DNA of 64,000 nt from Ilumatobacteraceae bacterium (lineage in GTDB: Bacteria > Actinomycetota > Acidimicrobiia > Acidimicrobiales > Ilumatobacteraceae): the NCBI GenBank assembly GCA_044358015.1, contig JBIKOO010000003.1, positions 14,104 to 78,103 of the forward strand, in the 5' to 3' direction. The translations under genes and the position numbers were made by a program. Below the pieces are notes generated by a model, which did no database searches, had not been told where the DNA came from, and saw nothing but the letters and a program-made list of their open reading frames with translations. Position 1 is the first letter of the stretch. Every line of letters begins with the position of its first letter. This document shows positions 55,693 to 64,000 of the stretch, one piece after another.

Positions 55693-56667
55693 TCAGACCG
55701 CGTCGGCAGAGCGTTGGCCTTCGTGCCAGACGCGCGAGACGCTGGGATGACGCAGCTTGCCGAGCGCCCGAGCTTCAATCTGACGGACTCGTTCACGAGT
55801 GATGCCAAGCTTCTCGCCAATTTCTGAAAGCGTCATCGGATGATCATCGATACCAAAGCGAGCACGCAACACTTCTTCTTCGCGTTCTTCCAGGCGACGA
55901 AGCTGTTCAATCAAAGCCCGCTTTTCAAGAGCGGCGGCGGCGGACTCAAATGGCGAGATTGCACCTTCGTCAGCAATGAGGTCACCAAGTTCTGAATCGC
56001 CGTCGTTATCGAGGGGGGTGGACAACGAGACCAATGGGCGACGGTGCTGATGAACAAGCGCAACGCGCTCGGCGCTCACGCCCGACAACTCGGCGATCTC
56101 TTCCACTGTTGGTTGACGATCAAGTTCGGCAGCAAGCTTTTCAGTGCTCTGATCAATGAGCGAATAGACCTCGCGCACATGTGACGGAACACGAATGGTT
56201 CGCGACGAATCGGCCAAGGCCCGACCAATCGACTGGCGAATCCACCATGTGGCATAGGTCGAGAACTTGAAACCCTTTTCGTGGTCAAAACCCTCGACCG
56301 CGCGCATCAGGCCAAGGTTGCCCTCTTGAATGAGGTCCAAGAGTCCGAGTCCGGCACCTTCATAGCGGCGAGCCACGCTGACGACTAAACGCAGATTGCA
56401 TTGAATGAATTGGGCCCTGGCATCATCTCCGGCGTGGAGCGTGCGCATGAGTTCAGTGCGCTCGCGTCCCTTAGGTGCGGGATCAAAATCAAGGCGTTCT
56501 TGGGCGAAACGTGAGGCCAAAATGAGCGCAGCGAGACGACGTTCATCATCAGCGGTGAGCAACGGGTAGGTCCCGATGTCATCTAGATATTGTCGAAGAA
56601 GTTCGCTTTCAGCGTCACCAGGGCGGGTTGCCACGAGAAAAACCGTAGTAGCGCGAGTCGCACACAT
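55693..56667 (-). CDS. RpoD-family sigma-70 factor (group 1/2-like, short N-terminus)
   Basis: Region 1.2 (LLRQYLDDIGTYPLLTADDE), region 2 (LIQEGNLGLMRAVEGFDHEKGFKFSTYATWWIRQSI), region 3, and region 4.2 (MTLSEIGEKLGITRERVRQIEARAL). Confidence 0.9.
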   Translation of the reverse strand: MCATRATTVFLVATRPGDAESELLRQYLDDIGTYPLLTADDERRLAALILASRFAQERLDFDPAPKGRERTELMRTLHAGDDARAQFIQCNLRLVVSVARRYEGAGLGLLDLIQEGNLGLMRAVEGFDHEKGFKFSTYATWWIRQSIGRALADSSRTIRVPSHVREVYSLIDQSTEKLAAELDRQPTVEEIAELSGVSAERVALVHQHRRPLVSLSTPLDNDGDSELGDLIADEGAISPFESAAAALEKRALIEQLRRLEEREEEVLRARFGIDDHPMTLSEIGEKLGITRERVRQIEARALGKLRHPSVSRVWHEGQRSADAV

Positions 56668-56688
56668 CGTGGATACTCACAAACTCGG

Positions 56689-56716
56689 TTCTGAAACAGT
56701 CTGGTCACGGTAGAAT
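56689..56716 (+). promoter_or_regulatory. Candidate promoter for tRNA-Val
   Basis: TTCTGA - 16 nt - TAGAAT. The -10 element ends 14 nt before the tRNA 5' end. Confidence 0.3.
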
Positions 56717-56730
56717 GCAGTGTCCCGAAA

Positions 56731-56804
56731 GGGCGCTTAGCTCAGTTGGTTAGAGCTCCTCGCTTACACCGAGGAGGTCGGGGGTTCGAGTCCCTCAGCG
56801 CCCA
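56731..56804 (+). tRNA. tRNA-Val (anticodon TAC)
   Basis: GGGCGCT-TA-GCTCAGTTGGTTAGAGC-T-CCTCG-CTTACAC-CGAGG-AGGTC-GGGGG-TTCGAGT-CCCTC-AGCGCCC-A. Confidence 0.93.
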
Positions 56805-56808
56805 CTAC

Positions 56809-58494
56809 TCAATCATCGTCGATGATTGCTTGTACCGACGACCGATAACGTTTGGCGTTGCCAACACTTGGGTGTGCAAGTCCGGTGGGGCCTGCTGCAA
56901 AAGCTTGTAAAACATTCGTGGTTACTCCACGAACAAATGTTGAGACTTTTTCGTCGCCCCATTCAGCGATGTCTAGAGCATTGATCCATCCGATAGTGCC
57001 AGTTGCAAAAACACCAGCGCCGCTGTCGGCTGAGTAATACGTCATCGCATGGTTGTAGCGCGAACCTTTGTATATCACCGGAGAACTGGCGAGCACCTCA
57101 AGATTTGATGGCTCGCTGCTTGATGGGCCAAGTCCGTCGGCTTCAATCGCCACAAGCTTTTTCATGGTTCGACCTCTGGAAAGGTCAACATCATTGAAAA
57201 CCCAGTTGTCAGTATTGACGAGTTTCATTGATGCAGTGATGCCGGCTGCAAAGTACTGAACGCCGATGAGAGCTGATTCGGGTTGATTGAGTGGGGCATT
57301 TCGCCATTGCACCGTGGCCTGTTGAGGGTCCTCAGCCGTCATCGGGTCGGAATCGGCAGTGCGGTAGTTCACGAGTTGTCGACACGGCGCACTTTCGCTG
57401 TTTGGTTCAAGGCGAATGTGGCGATACACCGCGTTAGCGCCAAAGAATGCAAGATTGATCCCGGCATCACGAGCGCGTTCAAGCGTTGCTCGCATTGGAG
57501 TTGAGTAGTACTCATCGTGACCCGTTGTGAGGAGTGCGGTGCGATTGAGTAAGACGGGATTAAGCGAACCATCGCCATCAAGTGCACTCGTGTGAAGATC
57601 GATATCAGTGACGTACGCAGTGTCAATACCCAACTCCTCAATCAAACTGATGAGGGGCAATTCGTGGGTTAAGAAATCTGCTGAGCCCCAGTTGTACGCC
57701 GACGCGTATGGTCGATCAAATGAGACCACCAGCGACCGATCAAAACGGCTTCCTGGTCCAAAGTTTTCGTACAGGCTGCGACCACCCCAAGGGTTATATG
57801 CCTGCCAAGTGGTGACTGCCGAGACGACAACGAGTGTTGCCGCACAGTCATCGCGGCGAACTGTCAAAGGTATGTAGTGCGCCCCACCCTCTGAAGAATT
57901 CAATTTCAGCAGATATGAGCCTGGCGGCCAGCTGTCATCAATAGTGATTGAGGTTGATGGTGACCACTGAGCAGTATGCATTCGCGTTTCACGGTCAAAT
58001 GATGGTTCAGCAAACTGCCACGGTTGGTCGAAAGTTTCGGAGGTCCATATCAAGCGCGCATTAAGTCCACCGTAGTAACCCATGCGGTATGCCTCAAGAT
58101 GCCATTGAGGTGACCCAGTATTGACATAGAGGTTGACCACCTGCCCCGACTGAGCACTGGTGGTGTCAGCATACCCTTCAATAAATCCCGTCATATTCAG
58201 ACGCTTCGTGGGTTCGATGTCTACGTCGATGCGCCAACTGTCGGTGCCGGCCTGGGCGTTTTCAATCGCTAACCAACCCGGCTGCGAGTACGGAATGGGC
58301 GGAGCAATTGAAGTGCTTGTCGGCATTTCAACTTCACTTGGCATTGTTGACTGAGTCGATGTTGGAAGGGGACTCGATGTTTCGGAACTTGTGGTTGGTT
58401 GCTCGTCACTCGTTGTTTTTGAGCAGGCTGCAACGAAGGATGAAGCACCGAGGGCCAGAAAGAGTCGACGAGAAATATCCGATCGAGGAAACAT
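56809..58494 (-). CDS. Exported lipoprotein resembling the N,N-dimethylformamidase large-subunit-like (DMFA2 C-terminal) family
   Basis: SRRLFLALGASSFVAACS has a Tat-like RR and a lipobox, followed by a Ser/Thr/Pro linker. The body has LKLNSSEGGAHYIPLTVRRD, WQAYNPWGG and TTGHDEYYS blocks that I associate with that family (recalled from memory, not searched). Confidence 0.6.
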   Translation of the reverse strand: MFPRSDISRRLFLALGASSFVAACSKTTSDEQPTTSSETSSPLPTSTQSTMPSEVEMPTSTSIAPPIPYSQPGWLAIENAQAGTDSWRIDVDIEPTKRLNMTGFIEGYADTTSAQSGQVVNLYVNTGSPQWHLEAYRMGYYGGLNARLIWTSETFDQPWQFAEPSFDRETRMHTAQWSPSTSITIDDSWPPGSYLLKLNSSEGGAHYIPLTVRRDDCAATLVVVSAVTTWQAYNPWGGRSLYENFGPGSRFDRSLVVSFDRPYASAYNWGSADFLTHELPLISLIEELGIDTAYVTDIDLHTSALDGDGSLNPVLLNRTALLTTGHDEYYSTPMRATLERARDAGINLAFFGANAVYRHIRLEPNSESAPCRQLVNYRTADSDPMTAEDPQQATVQWRNAPLNQPESALIGVQYFAAGITASMKLVNTDNWVFNDVDLSRGRTMKKLVAIEADGLGPSSSEPSNLEVLASSPVIYKGSRYNHAMTYYSADSGAGVFATGTIGWINALDIAEWGDEKVSTFVRGVTTNVLQAFAAGPTGLAHPSVGNAKRYRSSVQAIIDDD

Positions 58495-58501
58495 TCCTGA
58501 G

Positions 58502-59527
58502 TTACGGGCCTTTCCAGAGTTGTAGGGGACTCACGAATCGATCACAGCCACTTGGCACCGCAACTGATGAAGAGTTCTGGCGCGCTGAAACATAACCCGC
58601 ACACACAATTTCCATCATCCAACGTCCAAACGCGACATCCATAAATGGAGTCGCATGTGTTGACAAGTCATCGGTGAAGGCCTGTAATTGACCGATGTAG
58701 CCGAACTGTTGAATGAATGGAATTGGAGCGGTGGCGGCGGGTAACGAAACCTCTTCGCCGTTGTGCTCAAGAATCAAATTGGGCATGAGTTCGGCCCGAA
58801 CGACGCCCTGATCGGATGCGACTTGAAAATTCCACTCCGGAGTTTCAGAACCTTGCCACGATGAAACCACAGTCGCAGTCAGGCCGTTAGCAAAAGTGAG
58901 TTCAAGTTCGGCATGAGTATCGGTAGTTTCGCCCTCGAGTTGTGCGGAAACGGAGACCACCTCGCCAGCACCTATTGCGCGGCCGACGAGAACTGCAACC
59001 GCAATCGGATGTACGCCTAGATCAAAGAGTGCACCGCCGCCCCATTCAGCAGTTGTGAAGTCGCCCCAAGCGGGAAGTGACTGCACTGTGCGAAGTGACA
59101 TATGCGTGATTGGACCAATGGTGACTACACGTTTGATGAACGCATGAACGATTGGCGCGTATGCCAAATTTTCGGCATACAGAATCTTTTGCCCATTTTG
59201 CTCGGCGTGCGACACAAGTCGATCGGCCTCGTTCAGGGTGTAGGCAAGGGGTTTTTCAATAATGACGGCGGCGCCTCGTTGCAGTGAATACACCGCGTGG
59301 TCAAAATGTTGTGCTGGTGGTGTCGCGACGACAACAATGTCGGCGCCACTGGGAAGCTGCGAATACTCCACCGACTTTGCGTTCAGTTGGTTGGCCCGCT
59401 CGGTACTTTTCTCTTGGCTTCGCGACGCCACTGCGATGACTGGTAATCCCAAAAACTGTGCAGCCATAGCGTGAGCGCCAGAAATCATTCCTGCTCCACA
59501 CAGTGCTATTGACTTGGCTGCAGTCAC
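58502..59527 (-). CDS. Gfo/Idh/MocA family NAD(P)-dependent oxidoreductase
   Basis: The N-terminal Rossmann motif IALCGAGMISGAHA and the EKPLA motif (IIEKPLAYT). Confidence 0.85.
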   Translation of the reverse strand: MTAAKSIALCGAGMISGAHAMAAQFLGLPVIAVASRSQEKSTERANQLNAKSVEYSQLPSGADIVVVATPPAQHFDHAVYSLQRGAAVIIEKPLAYTLNEADRLVSHAEQNGQKILYAENLAYAPIVHAFIKRVVTIGPITHMSLRTVQSLPAWGDFTTAEWGGGALFDLGVHPIAVAVLVGRAIGAGEVVSVSAQLEGETTDTHAELELTFANGLTATVVSSWQGSETPEWNFQVASDQGVVRAELMPNLILEHNGEEVSLPAATAPIPFIQQFGYIGQLQAFTDDLSTHATPFMDVAFGRWMMEIVCAGYVSARQNSSSVAVPSGCDRFVSPLQLWKGP

Positions 59528-59542
59528 AAAAGTTTTCCTGTC

Positions 59543-60499
59543 TTACTTGCCATTGAGAGCAGCGACAACTGGGGCGAATGAATCAACATCGTCGGCGCCA
59601 ACAATGACGTACGAAAAGCCCCAACGTTCGCGTCGCTCGAGGAGGTCTTCGATAAGTTTGCTCGTTGGACCAACAAGCGCGAAAGGCGACTGTTCAACCA
59701 TTTGCTGTTCAACACCAAGCATTGATGCGATTCCTGAAGCTGCTTGCTTTGCGTCATCGGTAATGTTCACCAAGAAGGCCCGCACATTGAGTTCAATATC
59801 GTTGAAACGTGCCCCCGCAGCCTCGCGGACAATGGCAACTTTCTCGTCGACAACTTCGGCGGTCATGGTGCTGAAAGTATGTTGCCCGACAACTCCCGCC
59901 GACATGGTGGCGTTGATTCCGACAATGTCTGCTTCGCGTGCGGCAATTGACAACACGCGCTTACCTCCACCACCAATCAAAATCGGGGGACAAGGCCCCT
60001 GAATGGGCTTGGGGGTGCCGTTGTAGTTGGTGATTGTGTAATGGTCGCCAGAAAATGAAAACGGGCCTTCAGCCATCGCTCCCTTGATGACCTTGAGTCC
60101 TTCAACAAAACGATCAATTCGAACTTTGGCCGAGTCGTACGGGATGCCCATCTGTTCGTAGTCGCTGATCATCCAGCCCGCGCCGATGCCGAGTTCGAGG
60201 CGCCCGTCAGAAAGTACGTCCATCGTGGCTAGTTCTTTGGCGAGCACAGCGGGGTGTTTGTAGTCGTTGTCCCACACCAATGCTCCAACGCGCAGGGTGG
60301 TCGTGACGTTGGCTGCAGTCATGAGGGCCGGAACTGGTGCTAATTGATCATCGAAATGGTCGGGCATGGTGAGGCATGAATAGCCGTTGCCTTCACTTCG
60401 TCGAGCCAGGTCGACCCACAGGTCGCGGGTGTTGGCTTTGGATGCTTGGATACCGAATCGAAAGGGTCGATGGTCAGAAGTAGAGGCAGAAGATGACAT
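59543..60499 (-). CDS. LLM class (probably F420-dependent) oxidoreductase
   Basis: FRFGIQAS...DNDYKHPAVLAKELATMDVLSDGRLELGIGAGW. Confidence 0.8.
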   Translation of the reverse strand: MSSSASTSDHRPFRFGIQASKANTRDLWVDLARRSEGNGYSCLTMPDHFDDQLAPVPALMTAANVTTTLRVGALVWDNDYKHPAVLAKELATMDVLSDGRLELGIGAGWMISDYEQMGIPYDSAKVRIDRFVEGLKVIKGAMAEGPFSFSGDHYTITNYNGTPKPIQGPCPPILIGGGGKRVLSIAAREADIVGINATMSAGVVGQHTFSTMTAEVVDEKVAIVREAAGARFNDIELNVRAFLVNITDDAKQAASGIASMLGVEQQMVEQSPFALVGPTSKLIEDLLERRERWGFSYVIVGADDVDSFAPVVAALNGK

Positions 60500-60566
60500 G
60501 AATCAAACGGTAGTGCGTCGGGGGTGACACTGCTCAGCCCGAACCGAGAACTACCGTAGAAGTGTT

Positions 60567-62855
60567 GTGCGAATGATCACCTGGTGGATGCGGTTGTGCA
60601 TCGTCGTTGTGGCGGGAGCACTTGTTTTAACGGCGGCGGTTGTCGGTGTTGCTCCACGTATCTGGAAAGTTGCCAACGCGCATGTGGAAACCCCAGTGGA
60701 ACTTCCCGCTTGGGAGGGAATCGCCAAGCGGACGTATGTCTATGACCGAGCGGGTAATGAGATTGCCGCCTATGAGTTGGAAAATAGTCAGCCAGTACTT
60801 TTTGGGCAGATTCCGCAACCGGTGATTCAGGCTGTTCTGGCGGTTGAAGATCGAGAGTTCTATAACCACAACGGGGTCAATATTCGAGGATTGTTTCGCG
60901 CCACGCTTTCCAACTTCGAAGGCGGAGCGCGTCAAGGTGCATCAACGATTACGCAACAAGTTGTCAAAGTTGAATTTCTCGGTGGTCTCGAACGCGATGG
61001 CCGCTACAAGTTGTTGCAGATCATCTATGCGTTACGTCTTGAAAAAGAACGAACCAAAGATGAAATTCTTGAGCGTTATCTCAACACGATCTACTTCGGT
61101 AATAACACTTACGGGATACAGGCTGCTTCGGAGGTGTACTTCGGTAAGAAAGTTGAGGACCTCACACTTGTCGAAGGAGCGTTTTTGGCAGGTCTCATTC
61201 AGGCGCCGAGTAGTTACGACCCCATTCGTCGTCCACAGCAAAGTAGGCGTCGATTTAGTGAATCGCTTGATGCGGTCGTTGAAGTCGGGCTGATGGAATC
61301 AGTGGAGGCTGAGGCGATCAAGACCTGCCTCGAACCTTCAGATGATCCTGATGTGGTTGCGCAGTGTGTCGGAAGTTGGCAGATCCCTGAAGTAGTCAAG
61401 ACCATTGCGGAAAAGAAGATTACGCGTACGCATTTCAGCGAAGAAGTGAAGTCCTACCTGCTGAATAAAAGCAATCTCTTAGGGGAGACCTATCAAGAGC
61501 GTTACAACAAGCTTTTCCGTGGTGGTTTGAGTATTTACACAACTCTTGATCCGGTCGCGCAAGGTGCCGCCGAGAATGCGCGGGCGACGCAACTGCCTGT
61601 GAATACTGCTGGTATTGAAACCGCGATCTTGACGCTTGACAGCAAGACCGGAGCCGTTCGGGCGATGGTTGGCGGCAAACCTTTCGCGGCGGGTCGCAAC
61701 GAGGTCAACATGGCTTTAGCGCCGCGCCAAACTGGTTCGAGTATCAAGATGTTTATTTTGGCGGCAGCCATTCAAGCGGGCGTACAAAACGATGATCAAC
61801 TTGATGGCACCTTGCCATGTACGTTGCCCAACCCTGATGACCCCGAGAATCCGTTTGTTGTTGAACAAGGCGTCAGTCGGCCGCTCGGTCCAGTTGATGA
61901 GATGACGTGGTACTCAATCAACTGCGCGTTCGGCCGACTTTCACAAATAGTTGGGCTTGATCGGGTCGTTGACACGACTTACCGCATGGCGCGCAACTTG
62001 TATTTGTACCCCGAACGCAATCCGGCCGAACGTGAGCCGTTGCGTCCGTACGGTTCATTCGCTACTGGTGCAAATGAAATGAGTCCACTCGATATGGCCT
62101 CAGGTGCTCAAACTTTGGCCAACAATGGCGTGCACATGGAGCCCTATTACATCGAGAGTATTTCGGGTCCAGACGGCTCAGTGCTCTACCAGCATCAAGA
62201 TGACGGCGTTGCAGTGTTGAGTCCCGAGGCTGCCGCGAAAACGACGAGCATAATGACTGGTGTGCTGGTGTCGGGTACGGCGCGTCGCAGTGCCCTTGAA
62301 GGCCGAGCCGCTGCTGCAAAAACCGGAACCCAGGACAACAACACCAACTCATGGATGGTGGGCTATACACCCGAGTTAGTCACAGCGGTGTGGGTCGGAC
62401 ATCCTGATCTGTATTTGCCCATGGTCAACATTCCCGAATTTCTTGCAGTCGGAGTTGACAATGTCGTGGGCGGAACCTTCCCGTCGCGAATTTGGAAAGC
62501 CACGATGGACGCAGCGCTCGCCGGTCAGCCAGCGACCTTCTTCGCGACACCTCCCGTTAATGCCAGGCCTTCAATGCGGCTGTACCTACCAGGAACTGAT
62601 TGTTTGACGGCTGTGACGGCACCGCCAACGGCAACCTCGATTCCGGCCGAAACAGTTCCGGTCGACCCCACTGCGACCACAGTGCCCACGACCACTACGA
62701 CGAGCACCACCACTTCAACCACAACCACGACGTTGGTCCCACCGTTGCCGGGGGTCATCACTGACCTCAACACGACCGTGCCACGCGGGGTGGTTGACCC
62801 CTTGTGGCCCGTCCCAACCATTGATCCGACGCTTTACACAGTGGGAAGTTGCTAG
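60567..62855 (+). CDS. Class A penicillin-binding protein (glycosyltransferase GT51 + transpeptidase) with Thr-rich tail
   Basis: An N-terminal TM helix. GT51 motifs EDREFYNHNGV and GASTITQQ. Transpeptidase motifs SSIK (STGSSIKMF), SINC (SxN) and KTGT. The C-terminus has TTTTTSTTTSTTTTT. Confidence 0.9.
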   Translation: MRMITWWMRLCIVVVAGALVLTAAVVGVAPRIWKVANAHVETPVELPAWEGIAKRTYVYDRAGNEIAAYELENSQPVLFGQIPQPVIQAVLAVEDREFYNHNGVNIRGLFRATLSNFEGGARQGASTITQQVVKVEFLGGLERDGRYKLLQIIYALRLEKERTKDEILERYLNTIYFGNNTYGIQAASEVYFGKKVEDLTLVEGAFLAGLIQAPSSYDPIRRPQQSRRRFSESLDAVVEVGLMESVEAEAIKTCLEPSDDPDVVAQCVGSWQIPEVVKTIAEKKITRTHFSEEVKSYLLNKSNLLGETYQERYNKLFRGGLSIYTTLDPVAQGAAENARATQLPVNTAGIETAILTLDSKTGAVRAMVGGKPFAAGRNEVNMALAPRQTGSSIKMFILAAAIQAGVQNDDQLDGTLPCTLPNPDDPENPFVVEQGVSRPLGPVDEMTWYSINCAFGRLSQIVGLDRVVDTTYRMARNLYLYPERNPAEREPLRPYGSFATGANEMSPLDMASGAQTLANNGVHMEPYYIESISGPDGSVLYQHQDDGVAVLSPEAAAKTTSIMTGVLVSGTARRSALEGRAAAAKTGTQDNNTNSWMVGYTPELVTAVWVGHPDLYLPMVNIPEFLAVGVDNVVGGTFPSRIWKATMDAALAGQPATFFATPPVNARPSMRLYLPGTDCLTAVTAPPTATSIPAETVPVDPTATTVPTTTTTSTTTSTTTTTLVPPLPGVITDLNTTVPRGVVDPLWPVPTIDPTLYTVGSC

Positions 62856-62878
62856 CCCGAGGGCATACAGTCATCACT

Positions 62879-63583
62879 ATGGATGTTAAAGCGCTGTACG
62901 AACTGCAAAAGGTAGATACGGCAATCGAGCAAGCCAAGGTTGCTCTTGAGAAACTGCCCGAGCGCACTCATCATGCTCAGGCGCTTGCTGATTTGGCTCA
63001 CGTCCGATCAACCCGTGACAATTTGCGTCGCGAACAGTCAACGATGGAAGCCGAACTCGCATCAATCGAAACGAAATCAGCCGAGATTGATACTCATCGC
63101 GCCAAACTTGAGCGCCAAATGAAAACCATCATTGCTCCACGTGAAGCCGAAGCATTGCAACACGAAATGCAAACTCTTGCTGCCGCTCGCAACGAACTTG
63201 ATGACCGCGGATTGCTCTTGCTCGAATCAAGTGCGTCGGCAGATGAAGATCTTCGTCAGTTGGTGGACACTGAAAGCCGAGCAATTGAGGTTGAATCCAC
63301 GACGAAACATGCGCAAGATGTGGCAGTTGCCTTGAAGAACGAAGAAATGACTGCTTTGCAAACGCGTCGCGATGAAGCCGCCGCGCCGATCGCGGCTGCT
63401 GATATTGCGACCTACGACCGACTACGGGCCTCATATAAAGGAATCGCGGTCGCCATCATTCAACATGGTGTGTGCGGAGGATGTCATATGGATATCTCGG
63501 TATCAGAGCTTGACATCATGAAGCGTTTGCCAGCCGACCAAGTCGCTGAGTGTCCAAACTGCAATCGGTTGCTCGTGCGATAA
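62879..63583 (+). CDS. DUF164-type coiled-coil protein with C-terminal C4 zinc ribbon
   Basis: MDVKALYELQKVDTAIE..., a coiled coil, then CGGCHMDIS...CPNCNRLL. Confidence 0.8.
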   Translation: MDVKALYELQKVDTAIEQAKVALEKLPERTHHAQALADLAHVRSTRDNLRREQSTMEAELASIETKSAEIDTHRAKLERQMKTIIAPREAEALQHEMQTLAAARNELDDRGLLLLESSASADEDLRQLVDTESRAIEVESTTKHAQDVAVALKNEEMTALQTRRDEAAAPIAAADIATYDRLRASYKGIAVAIIQHGVCGGCHMDISVSELDIMKRLPADQVAECPNCNRLLVR

Positions 63584-63585
63584 CA

Positions 63586-64000
63586 ATGTTTTTTTGGTTT
63601 ATCGGTACTGCAGTTCTGTCAGTTTGGTTCGTCTTTCGAGATCCAGCATTTGACCATCGCACTTTGGTGATCGGTGCATTATTGCCCGACATCATTGACG
63701 GAATATGGGGTGGAGCACGGGCCTTTCACTCGGTCGCTGCCAGCGTGGCAGTTCTGGTTGTAGTGATGTTGTCCACGATCGGTCGCCGACCGATTCGTAA
63801 ACGTCTCTTGGCCATTCCGATTGGAATGTTTCTGCATCTGATTTATGACGGTGCATTCAATAACACCAAAGTTTTTTGGTGGCCGTTTAGTGGTTTGTCA
63901 TTTGCAGGTGACCGCCTGCCAGTTGTTGACCGCGGAATGCTCAATGTCGCATTTGAAATCGCCGGCTTATTGATGTGCGCTTTTGCTTGGAAGAAATTTC
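63586..64000 (+). CDS. YdjM/DUF457-like membrane-bound metal-dependent hydrolase (partial; continues past the right edge)
   Basis: Absent from the ORF track because its end is open. MFFWFIGTAVLSVWFVFRDPAFDHRTLVIGALLPDIIDG...IPIGMFLHLIYDG. Confidence 0.55.
   Translation, partial: MFFWFIGTAVLSVWFVFRDPAFDHRTLVIGALLPDIIDGIWGGARAFHSVAASVAVLVVVMLSTIGRRPIRKRLLAIPIGMFLHLIYDGAFNNTKVFWWPFSGLSFAGDRLPVVDRGMLNVAFEIAGLLMCAFAWKKF

Noticed and set aside
62640-62760. Thr-rich low-complexity stretch and the antisense ORF 62525..62821(-)
   Set aside because: It is the C-terminal linker of the PBP (TTTTTSTTTSTTTTT). The antisense ORF is a shadow.

Overview
The window is a mid-G+C chromosomal segment that looks actinobacterial (Actinomycetota). 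Support for that: a DUF2469-yraN pair, GTP-type PEPCK, a PIG-L/LmbE deacetylase, luciferase-like (F420-type) oxidoreductases, a CGAAC-N4-GTTCG SOS box ahead of recA, and Lys/Ala/Pro histone-like tails. Most of it is a syntenic housekeeping backbone: xthA, a UvrD2-like helicase, galK, pckG, rpmB, DAK2, recG, rsmD-coaD-yceD-rpmF-plsX-acpP-rnc-mutM-smc-ftsY, ffh-rpsP-KH-rimM-trmD-rplS-DUF2469-yraN, rpe, psuG, recA, mgsA, an RpoD-family sigma factor and a class A PBP. There are five tRNAs: Lys-CTT, His-GTG, Asn-GTT, CAT-anticodon and Val-TAC. I found no rRNA, CRISPR array, transposase, integrase, reverse transcriptase or recognisable defence or toxin genes. Six parts do not belong to the backbone. 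(1) A 3.2-kb insertion that looks G+C-richer, bounded by 80-bp direct repeats that duplicate the mgsA 3' end and the whole convergent spacer; it carries an OafA-type acyltransferase-SGNH gene plus about 0.8 kb of non-coding DNA that can fold into several stems. (2) A diverged tandem duplication of about 880 bp next to two tRNA genes; each copy is a self-contained cassette for a 217-aa protein of unknown family. (3) A 65-aa zinc-ribbon gene that overlaps the start of a 1141-aa polytopic membrane protein, wedged between recG and rsmD in DNA that looks A+T-richer. (4) A fusion of a Zc3h12a/NYN-like RNase, an S1 domain and a histone-H1-like tail. (5) A four-gene minus-strand cluster of small uncharacterised proteins, one of them DUF4236. 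(6) Several short tandem or direct repeats and palindromes in intergenic DNA. All functional calls come from reading translated motifs by eye. No database search, covariance model or composition calculation was run, so start codons and family names are provisional. None of the unusual loci can be called a new system from sequence alone. The best candidates for follow-up are the repeat-bounded islet with its structured non-coding segment, the duplicated 217-aa cassettes, and the zinc-ribbon plus giant membrane protein pair.
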